Assembly (NCBI GenBank): GCA_963746325.1
Contig: CAVVBC010000010.1
Span: 5,493 to 69,492, forward strand
Length of the DNA stretch: 64,000 bases
Source: an uncultured Gammaproteobacteria bacterium
Lineage (GTDB): Bacteria > Pseudomonadota > Gammaproteobacteria > Steroidobacterales > Steroidobacteraceae
Reading direction: 5' to 3'
Part shown: positions 53,859-64,000 of the stretch, piece by piece
Position numbering within the stretch: position 1 is the first letter of the stretch
How the letters are laid out: each line of letters begins with the position of its first letter
Translations under genes and position numbers: made by a program
Notes under the pieces: model-generated
Told to the model about the DNA's origin: nothing
What the model saw: only the letters and a program-made list of their open reading frames with translations
Databases searched by the model: none

Positions 53859-54503
53859 TCAAACGGGCTCGCGGGCGGTCGCTGCTACTGCCCGGGCGCC
53901 GGGTCGCTTGCGCCAGCGCCAGATCATCAGCGCGGTGTAGATGGCGATGTACAGCGCAGGCTCGCGCCAGTCGGCCTTGACCAGCCACAGGAAGTGCAGG
54001 GCGCCGAGCAGGGCCGCGACGTAGACGAGCCGGTGCAGCGAGTGCCACCGGCGTCCCAGTCGTCGCATCCAGCGATCGGTGGACGTGACCGCCAGCGGCA
54101 CCAGCAGCAGCAGGGCCGCAAAGCCCACGGTCACGAAGGGCCGCTTGGCAATGTCCGCCACGATGCCGTTCCAGTCGAGTCCGCGGTCGAGCACCAGCCA
54201 GGTGAGGAAGTGCAGCAGCACGTAGGTGAAGGCAAAGAGTCCCACCATGCGGCGCAGGCGCATGAGCCGCGGCTCGCGTAGCACCACCGCTGCCGGGCGC
54301 ACGCACAGCGTGAGCAGCAGCAGGCGCAGTCCCCAGAGCCCCAGGGCATGCAGCAGCGCCTCGACCGGGTTGGGACCCAGTGAGAGCCCCGCCAGGCCGA
54401 ACGCACGCAGCGTGAGCCATGCGAGCGGCGCTGCGCACAACAGGAACACGATGGGTTTGTCGGCCCGGAGACGCCGGGTCGCTGGACGCGCGGACTGGGA
54501 CAC
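53859..54503 (-). CDS. msrQ: protein-methionine-sulfoxide reductase heme-binding subunit
   Basis: 214 aa, YedZ-like, 6 TM segments, with FAFTYVLLHFLTW and LHRLVY (heme His). Confidence 0.85.
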   Translation of the reverse strand: MSQSARPATRRLRADKPIVFLLCAAPLAWLTLRAFGLAGLSLGPNPVEALLHALGLWGLRLLLLTLCVRPAAVVLREPRLMRLRRMVGLFAFTYVLLHFLTWLVLDRGLDWNGIVADIAKRPFVTVGFAALLLLVPLAVTSTDRWMRRLGRRWHSLHRLVYVAALLGALHFLWLVKADWREPALYIAIYTALMIWRWRKRPGARAVAATAREPV

Positions 54504-54512
54504 CGCTGCGGC

Positions 54513-55458
54513 TCAGTAGAACTTGCGCAGGTCCATGCCCCGGTACAGGCCCGCCACCTGCTCGGCATAGCCGTTGAATGGCAGCGTGTCCTGCTTCGAC
54601 GCGAACAGGCTGGCGCCGATGCGCCGCTCCTGCGCCTGGCTCCAGCGCGGATGATCGACGGCCGGGTTTACGTTGGCAAAGAAGCCGTACTCGCCGGGAG
54701 CCGACCGGTTCCACGAGGTCGGCGGCTGCCGCTCCGTGAAGCGGATCTCGACGATCGACTTGATGCCCTTGAAGCCGTACTTCCAGGGCACGACGAGCCG
54801 CAACGGCGCGCCGTTCTGGTTGGGCAGCGTCTGGCCATACAGCCCCACCGCCATGATCGCGAGCGGGTGCATGGCCTCGTCGATGCGCAGGCCTTCGACG
54901 TAGGGCCAGTCGAGAACCGGGAAGCGCTGGCCGGGCATTTCGCTCGGGCGCAGGACGGTCTTGAACGCCACGTACTTCGCCTTCGAGGTCGGCTCGAATC
55001 GCCGCAGCAGGTCGCCCAGCGGAAAGCCGACCCACGGCACCACCATCGACCAGGCCTCGACGCAGCGCAGGCGGTAGACGCGCTCCTCGAGCGCGTGCGG
55101 TTTGAGGATGTCCTCGAGCGTGAAGGTGCCGGTCTTCGCGGCTTCGCCGGAGACCGTGACCGTCCAGGGTTGCGTCTTGAACTTCCCGGAGCGCCGGACC
55201 GGGTCGGCCTTATCTGTACCAAATTCGTAAAAGTTGTTGTAAGTCGTTATATCTTCAAAAGAATTTGGCGCCTCTTTGAGGCTCAGTCGAGCGATTCTTC
55301 GTGGCCTGCAGCGGGGCCGCAGTGCCCGCTTGCGGCAAGCCGACGCCAATGGCTCCGGCGGCCGCGAGTCCGCCGAGCAGCTCGCGCCGGCTGTAGTAGC
55401 GGTCGGGCGGGGTGATTTCGGAGGGGAGCGGCGTGGAATCGGTTCGTTTGCGTTGCAT
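54513..55458 (-). pseudogene. msrP: protein-methionine-sulfoxide reductase catalytic (molybdopterin) subunit, one frameshift as given
   Basis: The Tat-type N-terminus ([18 protein letters not shown]) is in one frame. [22 protein letters not shown]...[11 protein letters not shown]... is in another. The shift is near 55285. Confidence 0.85.
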
Positions 55459-55556
55459 GCGGATGAGACCCGGGAAAACCGGCGCGGTTCGGTGCCGGCC
55501 GTTTTAACATGCTCGCCGCCCTCTGGGGGGCGAGCGCACAGCAGTCCACGGAGCCT

Positions 55557-56552
55557 ATGCCCAATTTCCGCAGCCTCGGTCCTGGCCTGGTCATCGCCGG
55601 GCTCGTCGCACTCGCCGCGTCCTGGTTGGCCGAGCACTACGCAACCCCGGTCATGCTGTTCGCGCTGCTGCTCGGCATCGCCGTCAACTTCCTGTCGCAG
55701 GACGAGCGCTGCAAGCCGGGCCTCGAGTTCGCCTCGCGCAACGTCCTGCGCGTCGGCGTCGCGCTGCTCGGAGCGCGCATCACCTTCGATCAGGTCCAGT
55801 CGCTCGGTGTCGGCGCGATTGCGCTGACCGCCACGGCGGTCATCCTCACGATCCTGTGCGGCATCGCGCTCGCGCGCGCGACCGGCCTGCCGCGCCAGTT
55901 CGGCGTGCTCACCGGCGGCGCGGTGGCGATCTGCGGCGCCTCCGCGGCGCTCGCCATCGCGTCGGTGCTGCCACGCGGACCGGAGCACGAGCGGGACACG
56001 ATCATGACGGTCGTGGCCGTCACGACGCTGTCGACGATCGCCATGGTGCTGTATCCGGTGCTGGCCGCTGCCGATCGGCTTCGACGAGCACACTACAGGC
56101 GTGTTCCTCGGCGCGACCATCCATGACGTAGCCCAGGTCGTCGGCGCGGGCTACAGCGTGTCGACGGTGGCGGGCGACACCGCGACGATCGTCAAGCTGT
56201 TCCGGGTCGCACTGCTGCTGCCGGTGGTGCTGGCGATCTCGTTCGTGCTGCAACGTTCCATGATCCGGGCGACGCCCGGCGCCGAGCACGGCCGCCCTTG
56301 CTGCCCGGGTTCCTGGTGGCGTTTGCCGCGCTGGTCGTGGTGAATTCGCTCGGCTGGCTGCCGGGAGCGGTCACGCACGGCCTGCAGGAGGCGTCGCGCT
56401 GGTGCCTGGTGCTGGCCATTGCGGCACTCGGCACGCGCACGTCACTCGGCGACCTCGCGCAGGTCGGGTGGCGGCCGGTGGCGATCGTCGTCGGCGAGAC
56501 GCTGTTCGTCGGCTTGTTCGTGCTGGCCGGGCTGGCGTTCCTGGGGCGGTAG
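55557..56552 (+). pseudogene. YeiH/UPF0324 family membrane protein, two frameshifts as given
   Basis: [17 protein letters not shown]...[14 protein letters not shown], then [17 protein letters not shown], then LPGFLVAFAALVVVNS... lie in three frames. Shifts are near 56075 and near 56290. Confidence 0.75.
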
Positions 56553-56566
56553 GGGCGTCTTGTAAC

Positions 56567-56644
56567 GACGGTGTTCCGTCCGTTCCTCTTCCGGCGAGCG
56601 GAAAGGCAGACACGCTCGCCGGAAAGAACGGACGGAACACCGTC
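56567..56644 (+). repeat. conserved-loop hairpin element, copy H (shortened core)
   Basis: Arms 56567-56599 / 56614-56644 pair at ~31 bp with a 2-nt bulge. The loop is GGAAAGGCAGACAC. Confidence 0.85.
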
Positions 56645-56670
56645 TCAGCACGTGCACGCTGCCCGACCAG

Positions 56671-57418
56671 TCAGCCGCGCAGCGACTGCAACAACTGCGG
56701 CAATACGTCGCCTGACGGACCGCGCAACGTGAAATCCGCGAGCGGCGTGAGCGCAGTCGGTTCGGTGTTGATTTCGATCACGATCGCGCCGCACTGCCGG
56801 GCATTCGCGGCAAGCCCCGCAGCCGGATAGACGACCGACGCGGTGCCGATCGACATGAAGACGTCGCAAGCAGCCACTGCCTGCATCCGCTGCCACCAGC
56901 GCCCGCGGCGGGATCGCTTCACCGAACCAGACGACGTCAGGCCGCAGCAGCGCGCCGCAGCGTGCGCACTCGGGCAGGCCGGTGACGGAGCGGGTTGAAC
57001 GCTCGGCCAGCGTACCTTCGGCGCAGCAGCGATCGCGCAGGATGTTGCCGTGGTATTCGATGACGCCAGTGCTGCCCGCGCGTTGGTGCAGGCCGTCGAC
57101 GTTCTGCGTGACCAGCGTCAACTTCGGCACCCGTGCGGCCAGTTGCACCAGCGCGAGGTGCCCCGCGTTGGGTTCGACGCCGCGCACGAGTTCGCGGCGC
57201 CATTCGTACCAGTCCCAGATGCGCCTGGGATCGCGCGCGAAGGCCTCGGGTGTCGCCAGGTCCTCAGGGCGGAACTTCGCCCAGAGGCCGGTCTGCGCGT
57301 CGCGAAACGTGGGTACGCCGCTTTCCGCCGAGATGCCCGCACCGGTCAGCACGCAGACCTGCCGTGCTTTTCCTATCGCTGTCGCCGCAGCGAGCAGGTC
57401 CGTGGGGATAGCCGACAT
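56671..57418 (-). pseudogene. cobB: NAD-dependent protein deacylase (Sir2 family), one frameshift as given
   Basis: VLTGAGISAESGVPTFR...QNVDGLH...CARCG, then CDVFMSIGTASVVYPAAGL in another frame. The shift is near 56905. Confidence 0.85.
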
Positions 57419-57450
57419 TTCCGACTATCCCCTAGTCCCTGATCCCTTCC

Positions 57451-60148
<2,698 letters not shown>

Positions 60149-60188
60149 GGAACCTCCGGGACGAAAATCGTGCGCGTTAACCGCGGAA

Positions 60189-61301
60189 TTATAGCGCGGA
60201 TGCGCGTGCCGGTTCGACTGCCGGCGTGGCGGCGCGCTGGGCCGCGATGACCGCGCCGCCCAGGCATTCCTCGCCCCGGTAGAACACGGCGGACTGGCCG
60301 GGGGTCACGGCACGCTGCGGCACGTCGGTACGCACCCGGCAGCGGCCATCCGGCAGGATGTCGACCTCGCAGGCCTGGTCGGCCTGCCGATAGCGGGTCT
60401 TGACTGTGCAGCGAAATTGCTGGCCGGGCGCCGCGCCCGCAATCCAATGGGCCGGTTCGGTGCGGAATTCGTCGCACAGCAGCAGCGGGTGGTCGTGCTG
60501 CTGCACGACCACGAGCGTATTGCGGGCGAGGTCCTTCACCGCGACGTACCAGGGCTTTTCCGCCGCGCCGCGCACGCCGCCGACCTCCAGGCCCTGGCGC
60601 TGCCCCAGCGTGTAGTACATCAGGCCGCGATGCGTGCCCAGGCGCTGGCCAGCCGGTGTTTCGATCGGCCCGGGCTGCGCGGGCAGGTAGTCCGCCAGGA
60701 ACTCGGCGAACGGCCGCTCGCCGATGAAGCAGATCCCCGTGCTGTCGCGCTTGTCGTGCACCGGCAGCGCGTGCTGGTGCGCGAGTCGCCGCACCTCGTC
60801 CTTGGGCAGGTCGCCGACCGGAAACAGCGTGCGGGCGAGCAGCGCACCGGACACGGTGTGCAGAAAGTACGTCTGGTCCTTGCCCTGGTCGAGCCCGCGC
60901 AGCAGGCGACCCTCCTGCATGCGCGCGTAGTGACCGGTGGCGAACCAGTCGGCGCCGAGGCGCAGCGCATGTTCGTAGCAGACGCCGAACTTGATCTCGC
61001 GATTGCAGGCGACGTCGGGGTTCGGGGTGCGCCCTGCCGCGAGTTCGTCGAGGAAATGCTGGAACACGCGGTCGCGGTATTCGGCCGCGAAGGTGACCGC
61101 GTGCAGCGGAATGCCCAGGTCGTCGCAGACGCGGCGCGCGTCCTGCAGGTCGGCGGCGGCCGTGCAGTAGCCGTCCTCGTCCTCGTCCCAGTTGCGCATG
61201 AAGAGCGCGTGCACGTCGTAGCCCGCGCGCTGCAGCAGCACGGCGGCGACGGCCGAATCGACGCCGCCGGAAATGGCGAGCACTACGCGCTGGGACGACA
61301 T
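60189..61301 (-). CDS. mnmA: tRNA 2-thiouridine(34) synthase
   Basis: 370 aa with [22 protein letters not shown] and GHYAR. Intact. Confidence 0.95.
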   Translation of the reverse strand: MSSQRVVLAISGGVDSAVAAVLLQRAGYDVHALFMRNWDEDEDGYCTAAADLQDARRVCDDLGIPLHAVTFAAEYRDRVFQHFLDELAAGRTPNPDVACNREIKFGVCYEHALRLGADWFATGHYARMQEGRLLRGLDQGKDQTYFLHTVSGALLARTLFPVGDLPKDEVRRLAHQHALPVHDKRDSTGICFIGERPFAEFLADYLPAQPGPIETPAGQRLGTHRGLMYYTLGQRQGLEVGGVRGAAEKPWYVAVKDLARNTLVVVQQHDHPLLLCDEFRTEPAHWIAGAAPGQQFRCTVKTRYRQADQACEVDILPDGRCRVRTDVPQRAVTPGQSAVFYRGEECLGGAVIAAQRAATPAVEPARASAL

Positions 61302-61385
61302 GCGGGGATTTTACAGGCTCCGGGACGTTGCTTGCGCTATGCGATCTTTCCGCGCAGCGCGAGGCATTCGCGGCAGCTCGGGGAC

Positions 61386-61482
61386 GGCATTCACCGAGCG
61401 GCCCCTCTCACGCCTTCCCCCTCGCTTGGAAAGGCAGACACGCGCTCGCGGGAAGGCGTCAGAGGGGCCGCTCGTGAATGCC
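61386..61482 (+). repeat. conserved-loop hairpin element, copy I1
   Basis: Arms of ~33 bp pair with 1 indel and 1 mismatch. The loop is cctcGCTTGGAAAGGCAGACACGCGCtcgc. Confidence 0.9.
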
Positions 61483-61544
61483 TTTCCCTCGCTGGCAGGG
61501 CAGGTGCGCTCGAGGAAAGGCGTCGGAGGTCCCGCTTGCGAATG
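61483..61544 (+). repeat. conserved-loop hairpin element, decayed tandem half copy I2
   Basis: tttccctcgctggcagggcaggtgcgctcgaggaaaggcgtcggaggtcccgcttgcgaatg parallels the inner arm, loop and right arm of I1 with many substitutions. Confidence 0.6.
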
Positions 61545-61599
61545 TCTCGCTAGGGTGCGTTGTCATCTTCAGGTGCGCGGAACTAGCGCGGGCCGGAGC

Positions 61600-61675
61600 G
61601 GGCGGTCTGAGGCCCTTGCCCAGAGCGCGTGTCTGCCTTTCCAAGCTCGGGGCAAGGGCCTCAGAGCGGCCGCCC
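61600..61675 (-). repeat. conserved-loop hairpin element, copy J
   Basis: Arms 61600-61621 / 61650-61675 pair with a 4-nt bulge. Loop 61622-61649 is identical to 7122-7149. Confidence 0.9.
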
Positions 61676-61763
61676 GGACCAGGACCCTCACCCGCGCTGC
61701 GCGCGACCTCTCTCGCAAGCGGGCGAGGTGAGGCAGATCAGCCGCTGGCGGCGACGGACGTGC

Positions 61764-62246
61764 TCAGTTCCAGCGTCGGGTCCACGCTGCGCATGCAGGT
61801 GCGTCAGCAGCTCGAGCGGATAGCGCGCACCGGCGAGGTAGTCGTCGACGCAGCGCGCGACCAGCGGGCTGCGGTGCCGGGCCTCCAGCGTGGCGAGCTG
61901 CGACGCGGTCGAGCCAGCGCGTGCGCAGGATGCCGTGATCGAGCGGGCGGGACGGGTCGTGTCCCTGCAGGCGGCCGCAGAAGGCGACGCGCAGGAAGGT
62001 CCTGGCGTTGTGCTCGGACTGCCAGAGGTAGATGCCGACGACCTGTTGCGGGACGAATGTCCAGCCGGTCTCTTCGAGCGTCTCGCGGGCGACGGCGTCG
62101 TGCAGCGATTCGCCGCGCTCGAGGTGGCCGGCGGGCTGGTTCAGTACGACGCGACCGCCGGAGCGTTCTTCAACGAACAGGAACTGGCCGTCGCGTTCGA
62201 CTACGGCGGCTACGGTGACGTCGGGTTTCCAGACCATGCCCAGCAT
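61764..62246 (-). pseudogene. NUDIX hydrolase, frameshift(s) in the 3' third as given
   Basis: MVWKPDVTVAAVVERDGQFLFVEE...GHLERGESLHDAVARETLEETG (Nudix box). The conserved C-terminus SQLATLEARHRSPLVARCVDDYLAGARYPLELL is in another frame from ~61905. Confidence 0.75.
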
Positions 62247-62712
62247 TATAGCGGGCCGTCAGAAGTCCACCGCTGTCGCGCGCATTTCGGGCTGGATCAG
62301 GCTGCCGGCCCAGACTTCGTCGAAGAAGGTCAGGTAGCGCTTGACGATGGAGACGTCGTCGAACTCGACGATGCCTTCCCACGACGAGGCCTGCTGGCGG
62401 AACGCGATGGCCTTGTCGTCGGCGACGATGAACGAGCAGGGATTGTTGCGGTACTCCGGCGCGACGTTGCGCAGGTCGATGTAGCTGGTGAGCCGGCGCG
62501 CCATCATCATGAAGCGATTGCCTTCGCGCGAGACGCGGCCAGGATTCGAGATCAGCACGCGCAGCCGCGCGTGGCTGCGGGCCAGCACCAGTCGCTTGAC
62601 GGGCTCGAGGAACAGGTCGTGGTCGTAGATCAGCGGTTCGAGGTCGGTGGTGTAGATGGAAAGCGTGCGCTTGGCGCGCGTCGCGATCTCGGCGACCGCG
62701 GCCCGGTATTCG

Positions 62713-64000
<1,288 letters not shown>

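Overview
GC-rich proteobacterial chromosomal segment made up mostly of housekeeping and biosynthetic operons. Gene content and order look Xanthomonadales/Lysobacterales-like: tonB-exbB-exbD-exbD, a LysC-LysA fusion, bifunctional hisB, fused hisIE, and a TrpR-like gene in front of hisG. This placement is an inference from memory; no search was run. Left to right the window holds: histidine phosphatase, DUF62 SAM hydrolase, aspartokinase/DAP-decarboxylase fusion, asd, MazG-like, SDR, DUF3597 and an MFS transporter. Next comes a complete his operon on the minus strand (yerC-like, hisG-D-C-B-H-A-F-IE), then SAM-I riboswitch-metX-metB. A Leu-rich leader/attenuator precedes ilvC-leuA-C-D-B, which ends in a clean terminator. 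After that: an M17 peptidase, a second MFS, ilvD, and tonB-exbB-exbD-exbD with two convergent paralogous TPR genes. A divergent orphan catabolic cluster follows (2 isochorismatase-like hydrolases, family III CoA-transferase, HMG-CoA-lyase-like, hydantoinase A/B). The remainder is a DAACS symporter, alpha/beta hydrolase, KAS III, EamA, porin-glutaminase-amidohydrolase-porin, msrQP, yeiH, cobB, acnA, mnmA, NUDIX, GNAT and partial purB. I recognised no rRNA, tRNA, CRISPR array, transposase, integrase or phage genes. Two things stand out. (1) There are 13 copies of an intergenic hairpin element. Its 22-28-nt LOOP (GCTTGGAAAGGCAGACACGCGC) is nearly invariant, while the 20-33-bp arms differ between copies yet stay self-complementary within each copy. 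Copies are often arranged as arm-loop-arm-loop'-arm' units that allow alternative pairings. I do not recognise this family. (2) There are roughly fifty reading-frame disruptions (manual frame tracking) in about 26 otherwise well-conserved genes, concentrated at 27.3-30.1 kb (MFS, ilvD). Assembly or sequencing indels are the most parsimonious explanation, so those genes are listed as pseudogene-as-given. All product calls come from motif recognition in the supplied translations, not from database searches.
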